The notes under the pieces were generated by a model. The model saw only the letters and a list, made by a program, of their open reading frames with translations. It ran no database searches and was not told the DNA's origin. A program made the position numbers and the translations under genes. From positions 5,022,001-5,086,000 of the forward strand of contig NC_134029.1 in assembly GCF_964204645.1 (NCBI RefSeq): a stretch of 64,000 nucleotides of DNA, given 5' to 3'. The DNA is from Tubulanus polymorphus (taxonomy: Eukaryota; Animalia; Nemertea). Positions 34,697 through 46,983 of this stretch are shown one piece after another. Within the stretch, counting starts at the first letter, position 1. Every line of letters starts with the position of its first letter.

Positions 34697-37600
34697 CAGC
34701 ACATCAATTCGAGAATCGGGGTTATTATGATTTGCCCAGTAATGTTTATTCGACATGATGCTCGTAGTTATTAAATCTGAATTATTAATACTTAGCCCTT
34801 ATCCGTGTGGGTACCAGTCAGGTGTCTACATCTGTAACTATTCGCCATTTCGCGTTCGTTTGTTTATAAATTGTGTCGTTCTATGTGTTAGTTAAAGAAA
34901 TGTTTACACTCGCAATCCATTGGCAAACAGTTGGAAAATTGGATGATTACTATTTTCGCGGCGGCAAATTAGTTCGGTTGTTCGGTATAGATACACGTGA
35001 TGATTATTTCTTACTCGTATTTCTCTTCACTGCCGGGTGTCTTTTCCGCGTTATCAACTGAGGAGGATAAGACGGCAGAGTTGCCGCTGATTGCGAACAG
35101 TCATCGCTCAAATATCAACCAGAGCACGAAGTAACACTCAAACGCGTTGAAGAATTAGTGCGGTTCCGATTTATGGCGGATAATCAACGCAGACGTCGCT
35201 CGCGCCGATGATACTTCACGCGTAACACTCGACGAAAATGAGAATGTTCAATTAAAGGAGGGCGTACAGTTCACCAAAGATATATTACCTGATTTACTAC
35301 TGGGAGAACGTTGGACCTTCTTTCAGTAATCATTCGGGATCTTTTGCATATCTACTCATCATTACGTATTCGTTCATTGATATGTGTTTATTTGCATAAA
35401 TTAGTTACAACTTCTTGTACTGATCACAATTAATTTCTAGGTGTTTATGGTGTTTTCAACTGTGCACTGATGCTATAAAACGTGGCCCCACTGGTCATAC
35501 CCGACCATTGACCCTGGTCTGCACGGTATAGTAATGGACGTATTTGGCTGGTCGTGTTGACAATTTCAGCCTTCTCAAATACGCAAACATATCCAAATTA
35601 CTCGGGACGAATTATCAACTAAAACTTATCGCGTTTATGAAACGGTGGCGCGCTATGTTAAGTGGCTCACGGAAATGTCTGTTTGCGCGACTACAAGATA
35701 GATCGGATAGCAAATATTGGTTCAATTCAGTTTGATATTGACTGCACTCTCCGCCGCCACAGCCCTTTACTTCATTTCCACAACAGCTTTCACTTATCAA
35801 TCAATCGAACACCTAAACATCAGCAATCGGACGCATTTCTTCCTGGCAGAATGTGGTAAAAACAACTATACGGATACGATTGACGATATTACGTATCATT
35901 TGAAATTTCATGCTTATGAAATTATAGAATTACGAAATTTCATCAATGCCTCGTGGGCATCATCGAATTTTGCCCTCTTCACACGACCTTGTTTGTCGTC
36001 CTCCACGACTAATTTCCGGTGCCTAGGGGTGAATAATACACATCTCTCGTCGTTAACAAGACTTATATTACAGGACATATATTCATGGCGGAATTTTGAG
36101 ATCTCATACGTAGCAATATATACGAAATATCAAGGCATGGGGGTGTGTGTGTGTTATGTGTATACGTTTGTCTTGGAAATAGGTATATAGCTTGAAAACC
36201 ATATTGAAATTATCCTCGGTAGCGAGTTTAAATAATAAAACAAAAATCCAAACCATTTTATTTTTCATATCTATATTTTCCCTTCTATAATGATATATTC
36301 CGAGATAAAACTAAACTAATACAAAAATAATACAGTATGGATTATGATTTAATTTGTGGAAACATCTAAGATCAAATGGCAATCATCAAGTCGGTTAAGA
36401 AAGAAAAAGTTACGTAAAAACACCAAAAGCAAACTCTTCTCTGCGCTTAACGAAAAAGGGAGTTATTTTTCGGATTTCCGAGAAGATTTTTATTCGATCT
36501 GATGAATTTGTCTCGCTGTACATTAATTTTATGCGTACGCATGCTTTCAAGTGTGACATCTGCGTAAATGATTGAAACATTCGCGATAGTTGATTATTTC
36601 CATGATGTCAGCCAATATATTTATCTCCCAATTGGAAACTTGGCACATTTCATGGGAATTGCTAGTAAAGCGTACAACTACGGAAATTGTTTTCGTATAA
36701 ATTTATTTACAAAAATGACTGACGGATATGTAGAAAACGCGTTTACCCTCGCGACAATCACATCCGGTTCCAAATACGATGTACATACCTCGGACCGACG
36801 TAGCACATATGTATTTAGCTTTAATTCAATATTCATTTGGCAATCATATTTGAGTCAGCTATGTAAATACCAATTCGACTGAAATTCATTGTCGACGATG
36901 TACGTGGGTAAATATAATTACAGTCGGTTGCCGCCTCGGGCGCTAAAATCGTATGTAAGATGTCAGGTGAATTCTGTTGCGCGAGCGTGAAATCCAAAAC
37001 GCAAAAACAACAGCGATTTGAATCTTCGTGGATAGAGCGGCACTCGCTTCGTCTTCAATATCTTTTGAAACCCTGAACGTTTCTAAAGTGTACCATGAAT
37101 ATACACGAAAGGTCCCGAGGTTCCAGTTACATAGTTACTCCAGGTTAACGATGCTCATACGGTCTCAGGATGATTTCAGACATGAAGGCGAGCGTACAAT
37201 AGCTGACACTAAGAGTCACGATCACCCTTGTATTTTTGACCCGCGTCAGATTTCGTCAGGGCCAACCGTTAACACTTGTGCCAAATGGGTACGTGGCCTG
37301 GTTGACAAGGGCCAATAGAACTGCAGTGTTTTTTCTATTGGCAGGACACCTTATAACATCTCTCAATGGAATACGTCTTTCATAGTTCAGACCTGACGAA
37401 GAATCAATGCACTTAGGGTTTTATATCGCCCACTGCACATGCACCGCAGTACAAAATCCCATCAACGGTATACTGTAAATGTGAGAACAGCTTTTGTTGA
37501 CTGTAATACCTTTTCGTTGGGGCTAATGCCCTTCGAATCCGATTAAAACGTTTTTTTTTTCTTTTGAACCTGCGCTTTCATCGGAGAACTTAATCTAAAT

Positions 37601-40600
37601 AGAGTGCGCATAGTAAAATGAACGAAGAAAAGGAAAATGTCCGTTGCATTATTAACATGTTTCTTGCCAAAAACAAAACAACCTTTTCCTATATTCCTTT
37701 GTTGAACGATACATATATAAATACGGACATATTTCAGGCAATCAGGTGGCGGAAACAAATTGGCACATACGAGTCAGACGGATATTTTGATTAGCGTACA
37801 TAGAGCTGTGACAAAGTATATGGCGCCGATACGAATCCCGCGTGGGATACCGTTCCGCCACAATTGATATATTCGTCTCTGGAAAATCCATAACTCAAGC
37901 TACCTACCGATACCGTGGCGTGGATATTCATGTTTTATACATTCGTCGAATCCCGAAAGGATTCAGTGCCGATAAAACGAATCGACACTGACGACACCAT
38001 AAACAGCTTCAAACAGTTTCTTTTTATTCGTTTTTTTTTTAAAGGCGCATGTATCTCTTGTGGCCATCGATTGAGATGTTTCGTTTGGCAGATTCGGGGA
38101 AAATGCTCTTTCCTACGCAACTAAGATAGTATTGATCCAACGCGTCTACTATGAAAGCAGGCAACAGAAGAACGATGACCGCCGATGTCTGGAGATTTTT
38201 TGAATGTGGGAACAGTTTTTCACACAGCGTTACACGATCGAACAACGGAATTACATGTATATTATCTATCATCCACACAAAAACCGCAGCCTTTCACTGG
38301 GTTGCTCTGACATAATGAAATCTTCGTATTCTCTTTCGTTTCCATCTTTATTTTTCTGTAAAATTTAATCAAGAAAATCATTTTTGAAAGATACGCATCG
38401 TAGCAGTTCTAACTTTCAATAATTCAAAGGAAAAGGACGGGAAAATGAAGAAGAAGAAGGATGAAATTCGAGGTTACGTCGGATATAGCAAGAAATTGCC
38501 ATTAAGAATCGACCTTTCGAAAATGTCACGTACTGCTTGCTACACGCGAATAATGGAAGACACGTCTGGCGTGAAATAACACTCTTGTCGACACGTTAAT
38601 TCATTTCTCAACAAACCCAGTCCCCTGTCGGGACGATGAAAAAATACTTAAAACTTTTGTTGATTGATTGATGCCTTTAGGGCAGCAGAAACATCGTTTA
38701 ATCGACTTATCCCGCGTGTTTCTCCTGGGAAGAAACCACGGTCGAGTGCGCGTGAGACGAACGTTTTAAGGTTTCCTCGGCGCGGTATATCCATTAGTTA
38801 AGCCAATTTATGCAATAGCTGAGCGCTGACGAGGCTGTAGATCGCTGAGACGAGACGGATTCTGTCTGGTGATATTTCATTAATATCATACGATATTATT
38901 GATACACGTGTAATTATCCGACTGTCGGTGTTTGCATGCGTCTTCTAATCGAGCACGATGGAAGGAAATCGAACAGACGACTCCGGCGAATGTTCCACCA
39001 GTAAAATGCCGCCAAGCACCGCATCCGCTCCCACCAATGTGTTCGAGCTGTTGCATAAGCCCAACGCACAGGTTTTTTTAGAAACGAGACACATGGTTTC
39101 AGGAACCATGTTTTCAAGTCAGATATGTTTGATTCCATGTTTCTGAGTCCCCGTGTTTCCCTGCGTCGTGTGCGTTATGTTTGATCTCCATATTGCTTGT
39201 TTCTCTTTAACGCACGCGACACACAGGGGAACGTGGAGTAACATGTTTCTGTCCCATATTTCCGCATTTTCATGCCTCGTACGCCTTGGGCCTAGTCCAT
39301 CGTAATTTCGAATATCATTTTAAAGTGTCATTCCATTGGTGTTGGGGAGAATATATTGTAATGAGAGATAGCGCTCGTGAATCTGGCCGGCCATCTATCT
39401 TGTCGCAACGTTTCACAAAGGCGATGTAAATGACAATATGAGAATTTACGATTTCTGACTAGTTGAAACCTATAAAAACATCCATTTTCAATGGTTGCTT
39501 TATCGACGTTGACGTCATTCGTGTGATTTATCGGTTTTAGACTATGTACTTCCGAATCTCTGATAGAATCATAAAATCTATTTGAAACTCGCGGGATGAC
39601 TGCAAATACACCAGTTACTACGAGTTAAATTTTCATGGCAAACGCAGACAGTCTAATGACTACGGGCGTCAGTTTTTGTCGTGATGGGAATTTCAATGGT
39701 ATTATGATTTTCTTTACGCTCACATTTCGTGTTGTTCGTCATAAAGATTACATCCTGAATGGAACGACTCAGTAATATTCGGTTTTTTGACGCCGCTAAT
39801 TATTTAAGGAGTTCTGGGTGAGTCGATGTGCACTACGTCATCAGTATTGGTGTTTAAAAATAACAATTAGAATTGTGAATTTCGGCGTTCGGAAATTAAG
39901 CAATGTATGTATGATTTTTTCAATAAACTTTCAAGCTAGCTTTCTTTTCTGTTTTTTCTAACATATTGATTGTCTTGCCATCACCGATAAGTAAATACTT
40001 TGTTCCTGCTCTCAATAAAGAAAATGGAAATATTGAATTTTGAATATTGATAGTTGTTGCATTGATGGATCTTAATAATATGTCATTGCCCAAAGCTATA
40101 TTCGTCTGGCTGGTAACTTCCTGAAAAGCTGGGAGTGACTACAACTTATTTTGGATTACCTCTAAACCGAATCGACAGAATTCCATGAATCTGATGTCCA
40201 TGGATTGACAGGGATTTACTTCGCAAAGAGCTTAATTAAATCATAGACTCTAAAACGAACGAGCAACTGCTTCATAAGAAACCGAATTACGCATCGCTTT
40301 CGATTATTCAGATACAATCTGGTAATTATTATTAGAGGCCGAGCGAGTAACGATCAATTTCATGCATTGTATTGAACTATATTGAATATGGCGATCGATG
40401 CTGTGTGAATGCGATCACATTAATTTTCCGCATTATTTCCCCGTGAGCTTCTGCAAGAGTGTATGATTACCTTGTTTGCCGAATGGCACCAGCTGGTCCC
40501 AGCCCGTGCAACCGTTCGATCTTCGCTGCTAAAAATATCAATGGATCGATTGATCTCTGACTGAAACTAATTCTCCGCACTTGATTTTGTACAAGTTGAA

Positions 40601-43331
40601 CGAACGGTGTGTTCCAAATAGCCATTGTCGACTATCACTGTCAAAACCATTCGAAATATACGCAATATCGTATCGCAATAGGTTCTGAAACATAATTAAT
40701 TGCAGGCATTTCGATAGACGATTTTGCAATAATCCAGCTTCATATGAGATTGCATTTCCTAGAAAAACAACGCCTAAGATGTCTTTCAAACTGTGAGAAA
40801 TACAAACACGAAACTTGGAAAGTTTATTAGTCGAAAGTGAAATTCGAAGCCGCCTGTTTCTTTGAATTTCTCGTGGAGCTTGTTATTTACAAGTCACAAG
40901 AGGTTCGATTATTACTTCGTCGCCTGAGATTTAATTAGTTTCGAGCAGCGTAGCAACCCACTGGATGCGGGGGATATAACCGAGTCCCTAGACGAGTAAC
41001 AGCTAAGAAACCGTAGGTAGCATATTCCAATTCAATATATGTTTATATATATCACGTATTATAGATCTTACATTCCATGGGGTTACCAGATATTGTGAGT
41101 ATTACATGATGAAGTTCGTTAATAAGAACTATACTTAGCCGTCAGTGCCTCGTATATTGACGTCACTTTAAAATCGACCAAATCATATACCTCGCTGTAT
41201 CTTGTCAAACGCACCCCGTAAAATGAACATATTTGAATTGATGATGTTTTTATTGATCCCCATTACGTTTACCGCGTACGGTCAAAGCAAATTCAATTAG
41301 CCAATTTATGTGCGCTACTCTGGTGACCAAACGAACGCTTCATTAATCAACCCAGTCGGACTTGTCACTAAATTGGAATCAGATACCACCACCTTTACGT
41401 GACTGGTTGGGAAGTAATTCGCCTAACGATCCTTGCCATCTAGTTGCCAGTCCGGAATTACTTTTAGATTCCGAACATGCAACTACGTAGATGGGTAGGA
41501 TCGTAAGACAAATTACTACCCAAGAAAAAGCGTGCCAAAGCAGTAAGTGGTCATTAAGGTAATTTTTAATCTAGGAAAAATGAAACTCGGGATCGTCGGC
41601 TTCAACCCCCATATATAATGCCATAAGTATCTATTTTTGGCATTCTTGCTTACGTATTTCATTTAGAAATTGCCATATGCGCAGCAGACTAATCTTCCGA
41701 AATTTTCAATAAAATTGCAAGATTTCTAAGAATACACGTTTTACATAAACAAGTAAGAACAAAATACATCAGTGCCAACAGTTACTGTGTGCAACACGTG
41801 TCTTCGACGTATAAAGCAGATGCAGTGCGCTGGGCGAGAAAATTATGATCTTACATGTCAGCTCCATTAATGACAGGTAATTGTTGTTAGCCTTGAACAT
41901 ATGAAGTAATATGTTGTGCGAAAAAGATACTCTTCAGTATCATTTCTGTTGATGGAATGTTAAACTTTATTGTCACTTAATTCTATATACCCCTAACATT
42001 TGATTTTCAACATAAATCTGCTACATTTATAAATCTGCCACTTTGTATACTTCTCTAATGTAGTCGATGCAGGTTTGAACAAGTACTGGTTTGGAGCATA
42101 AACGATTTCCAAGTGTTACGTTTAGAGTCGGAAATGTTTTTTGCAGTCGTCTGCGACACCTGAACACGGGAACAATAGATCACCAGTTACACCATGTAGA
42201 TGACCTTGAAGTTGAAGTTGTCGGTGATATCCGGCAATCAAGCGAGGCTCCGAAACTAGACCACTCTACGTAGATGTCGTGAAATGAAGTAATCAACTTC
42301 TCAAGTCACTTCAATCGTGGACAAATTATTCGCCTAATCGTTGACTTAAAGCGCACCAAGCAAATTATTGATATGATATACTAGATTCGGGCATGTTCGT
42401 AATACAATATAGCTTCATATACGTTCATCACGTGGATTATTATTTTGCGCCGAACACGCGGTTTAAGTGCATCCCAAATATTTGAACATCACAGATAAGA
42501 TTGAGCTAACCGTGTTTTATATCGTTTTCTGTTAGTTTTCGCCCTATAAAAGCTGCAGTTTGCAGCAAGAATTAATTAAAACCTATTCGCCAATGCGCAA
42601 ATATCTCCGTGATAAATGTCTGGGCACATTCGGGTGTACACCAACCTACTGGATACAAGGCGGAAATCAATGCAGTTAACAGTGCAGATCTGTGCAGTTA
42701 ACAAATGAATTCGCCCCAAAATTATCAAGTCTTCCCATTAAAAATTTCGTATTGGTACGATGGTTTTATTTGTTATATTCAAGAATTATTGTAAGCTTCC
42801 AAATCATTTTGGAATAAGGTAATTTGATATGGTAAAGTATTAGAAGATTCCTTATCTGCTAACCACTTGTTTTAGTAGCTGATTTTTGTTGTCGTCTAAG
42901 GTGAAATCGTCTGTCACGAGAAGTTCGCGGTGTTCCACAAGCTCTTACTTCGACGCCGCTAGTTTGACTCATAGTCGATTTTTACTGTCGCCAATCTCTG
43001 GTGAAAATGATCTTACACCACGAGGAAAAGGTCAGCTAAATAAAGTATACTGCGTCGATCTTTGATATTTGTCATCGTAAAAATGTTGCTTCCTATTAGA
43101 TCGTAAAACCCGGGAATAAATCATTCATTAATGTCTCCGATGAATTAGAGCCAGGTAGGAACCAGAGAATCTAGTGATAACAGAAAAAACTTGGTTCGAT
43201 AACTATGTGTGTCGAATAACAAAATGACTCACGAGGCTCTTTCCCGATCACGATGAAATAGTAAAAAGTAATTCTTTAGATATTGATGGAATCAGGACTT
43301 TATATAAGACCATGGAGGATAAGATCATTTC

Positions 43332-43565
43332 CAGGGGCGGATTCAGGAATTCCGAATGGGGGGAGGGGAATCCGAGACCTAGTTGTTTCCAGGTAATGGG
43401 CACCCAACTGCGAGGGGGTGTATGGATTTTGAAAAAAGGATATTTCTCCGAGCAGTTAGATTCTAGAATAAAACGACCGTAACTTTCTTGAACAAGGTTG
43501 TGAAAATATTATCTCGGTAAAAATAGGGGTAGGCAGGCCGCTTAGGCCCCTCAGATCCGCCCCTG
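43332..43565. mobile_element. Non-autonomous TIR element (hAT-like ends)
   Basis: CAGGGGCGGAT...ATCCGCCCCTG inverted termini; the TSD is not cleanly preserved. Confidence 0.6.
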
Positions 43566-43624
43566 GTTTCTTCATAATCTAACCGGTCGCAGTCAAGACA
43601 CGTTTAGTTATTCGTGAATATACA

Positions 43625-43630
43625 TTTATT
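43625..43630 (-). terminator. Candidate polyadenylation signal of the PKA-RII mRNA (3' UTR ~2.3 kb)
   Basis: AATAAA on the minus strand at the end of an AT-rich, UTR-like tract downstream of the stop codon. Confidence 0.4.
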
Positions 43631-43855
43631 TAATCGAATAAATAATCTTTTCGTATAGATTTATTTACTATAATAATATATATGTATATGTATGTTTGCT
43701 ACAATTTTTCTCCACAGCTCCATAACAATAATGAGAACACGTTAAAATCTCTTCAATCCGAAACAGGATTTTACATTCGTATAATCGAACAAGAAACAAT
43801 GATTTCCATGCGAATCGAATTATCTTTTTTTTTGCAAAGTCATTTATAGATCCTG

Positions 43856-43957
43856 GATCCAGTTCTATAGTTCTGAGCTAACTCTGAGTTGAAATTAGTT
43901 CATTTTCAATGAGTTAACTCTGAGTCAAACCTTAACTCACAACTGTGGAACTGGGCC
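43856..43957. mobile_element. Palindromic MITE (CTG TSD); sister copy at ~23729-23836
   Basis: GATCCAGTTCTATAGTTCTGAG...CTCACAACTGTGGAACTGGGCC flanked by CTG/CTG. Confidence 0.7.
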
Positions 43958-45894
43958 CTGTTTATCAAAGTCGATAGTCGGTTACATATTGTATATAAGT
44001 CCATAATTTTTTCCAAATGTGAACTCGGAACTGATAGTTAACTATCTTCGATTCCACTATTAGAAATATTCAAAGCCTTTGGAAACGTAACTTAAAGACA
44101 TAGTTCACAGTTTACTAACTCCCAGTACGGGGATGGATATTTCCTTACTTAAACCAATTCGGTAGAAACATAATCTGCACCGACACCCCTGCAGTCAGAG
44201 AGTTCATTTAGGCTTGTCCACATATTTTCTCCTAAAACATGCACATTCCGACAACTTTCCTCACAAAAAGGTGGCTGGAATGTTAGTGCATTTTTCATTA
44301 TTGAATTTTGCGACAATGTTTCCAGTAATTGTTTTTTTCCGAATACCCCCAGGAACGATTATACATAATACAGTTTTTCGTGTTATTTGCACCTGCAAAC
44401 TCGCAGAGTTAATGGTTTCGTCGTTAAACGGTATCGAGGTCGTATACGTACGATTATTTGATAAAGCTATAACGTGAACGTTTGAACTACGTAAACGATG
44501 CATACGTGTGCAGTCCCCGACGTCGCACGCTGGGGCCGAATTCCATTAAAACCGTCTGCTTTCTAAATTGATTTCGTAATTGCCTCGCAAAACAAAACTG
44601 ATAACAATATTGCAAGCGCTAGATCAATAGCTCGTGATAATTGAATACCTAACCGAGCACGATATAGATGGGGCGGTAGTAACATCGGGATAAGAATGGA
44701 TATAGCGTTTGTTTAGGGTATTTCATCATTTTTCTACTCACAAATTACTGAAATGATCATTTAACTGTGCGTGGCTGTGGCAACTCGAGTCGACACAACA
44801 ACAACACTGTTACCAACACACGCGAAATGTATAGTTTTCTTATACACGATGTGACTGTTTCATCGAGAAAAATCACCTTCTGATTTATAATTAAAGATCT
44901 CTTATTACTTAAACATTCGAATCGCTGCGAGAGTTTGTTATTTATTCACATATCTCTCGCTGGAGAGACGAGCAAATATCACGAGTGGTCGGTACATACA
45001 CTTAGCAAATACAAGCAAATTCATATTAAACACATTTCAGGTCCAATTCAAACATTTATATCTCTGCGCTAGGCGTGAACCTTAAAACGGTATTTTACGG
45101 CTTTGTTTTGACCAAATTCGATTTGATATATTGCATCGAATATAGAATTATTAGCTTTTACCTTTCGAGAGCGAGAACGGAAATTAACCTATTTTCTTTC
45201 GTCTTGTTTAACATGGTTTCGTTAACAACCAGACAAAAAGTAATTAGACAGCTTATTGGAAAGTTGGATGCAGGGGAGCGCTCGACGTTGCGGCCGCCTA
45301 GGCAGAAATTTACAGAGCATGACTAGGCATTACGAGGCGGTGTTTACGCAGAAAAAAAGCTCGTTTCACGAAAGGAAACAATTATCCAGGTTATGAAAAG
45401 GCCGTATTTGTTAGAAACAGAGCTCGTTGGGTCGTCAGAGTTTTTCCGCTCCGACGGACCGGAATGAAATCCGTTTTCTCCCATCGACGGTCGAGTCGTT
45501 TGGTAAGCGCGGTAAGACGCCCACAAAATGAAGTAAGATAAGATCGATATTTTACTGATGGTCGACTGTCAAACTGTGATCTTCTCCTGAGACGACCAGA
45601 ATTAGTAGAACTGACAATTATCCCCCTCTAGATACGGTACCCTCGATCAATATTGCCGTCGCCGTCGTCACGGTGGCATAACAACATAACTGCAACGAGT
45701 GCAAGCACGGCTTCAGACCTGTGCGAATCGACCTGGCATCTGTTACCAGTAATAATAATTAAGTTTATCTCCCAAGGAACTCGAGCACACAACCTCTGAT
45801 CGTACATACGTTCGTTCGTTGGTCATTCGTCAAATCATATCGAACAATATAAGAAGCTTACACACAAACGCATATCGCACCAAGATGGCGACAA

Positions 45895-46983
45895 TCAATT
45901 TTTCTTATATTTCGCTATCGTACGTTTCATTAGATCTAAGCAAGGTCCTAGTAAACGTTCGAACGATTCCCGCTCGAGAAATGCGACCTTGACCTTCCCG
46001 ATCGCGTAAACGTTGGCAGAACGAGGTTTGTTCTCGACGAGCGCCATTTCTCCGAAGTATTTCCCTTTCGTAGACCTCGCTATCTCGACTTCTTGTCCGT
46101 CTTTGTTAATCGTAATGCGCACCTCGCCGGTTTCGATGAAATACATACCATCCGCTTCTTCGCCGTCTTTAATGATCAAATCGCCGTCTTTGTATAACTG
46201 GGGTGTAAGGGCGTCTGCTAGATTCATGCGCTCGTAAGGTTCCAGAGTTGTTAACATCGGAACGCTTTCTAGCAGTTCCTCGTACATTTTCCGTTTCTTG
46301 AACGCGCTTTTCATCACGATGGTTCTGAACGATTTCCTATCCATCGCCCAAATTGTACCTTTCGATTTGGCGATGACGGTCGCCGAGCGCGGCATGTTAT
46401 ACATAAGCGCCAATTCGCCGAAACTACCTTTGTGCTCGAATTCGTGCACCTTTCTCTGTTCACCGTTGACAGTCACGAATACGTCGTAGACTCCTTCGTC
46501 TATGACGTAAAAGTTATCGCCGTCATCTCCTTGACGGATAATGAACTCATCCGGTTCGACACGCTTTTCAAACATGGCGTCGACGACGTCTTGCATTTGC
46601 TCGCTATCCAGAGATCGGAATAATAGAATACCTCTTGTCGACTCGATAAGTCGTTCTCGTTGCTCATCGGATTTCGGGTGCGCGATTCGTTCTTCGTCGC
46701 TGCTGTCGGCTTCCGGGTCGTATCGCTCGGCCGACACGGAATGACGACGAGCGAATCTGTTCTTCTGCGTCTTCGGCTTCAGTTCACACGGCTCCGGTTC
46801 TCGGGCGTCGTCGTCATCGTCGACGATGATGTACATGGGAACATTCTGCGGCTTTTTCGTGTCTCGAACCCGGGTGAAATATTTCACCGCGTAGTCGTAG
46901 ATATCCGTCGGTTTTTCTCGCAAAACAGACACGGTAAAATCCCGCAGCATGTCACCCAGACCTTCCGGTATATCGAAATTCAT
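45895..46983 (-). CDS. PRKAR2: cAMP-dependent protein kinase type II regulatory subunit, intronless CDS, 362 aa
   Basis: RIIa-type docking/dimerisation domain (IPEGLGDMLRDFTVSVLREKP...YAVKYF), substrate-type inhibitor site RRHSV (Ser indicates type II), and two cNMP-binding domains with intact cassettes FGELALMYNMPRSATV and FGEMALVENKPRSANV. Confidence 0.96.
   Translation of the reverse strand: MNFDIPEGLGDMLRDFTVSVLREKPTDIYDYAVKYFTRVRDTKKPQNVPMYIIVDDDDDAREPEPCELKPKTQKNRFARRHSVSAERYDPEADSSDEERIAHPKSDEQRERLIESTRGILLFRSLDSEQMQDVVDAMFEKRVEPDEFIIRQGDDGDNFYVIDEGVYDVFVTVNGEQRKVHEFEHKGSFGELALMYNMPRSATVIAKSKGTIWAMDRKSFRTIVMKSAFKKRKMYEELLESVPMLTTLEPYERMNLADALTPQLYKDGDLIIKDGEEADGMYFIETGEVRITINKDGQEVEIARSTKGKYFGEMALVENKPRSANVYAIGKVKVAFLERESFERLLGPCLDLMKRTIAKYKKN

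Noticed and set aside
38826-38860. CTGACGA as another hammerhead core
   Set aside because: No stem II followed by GAAA.
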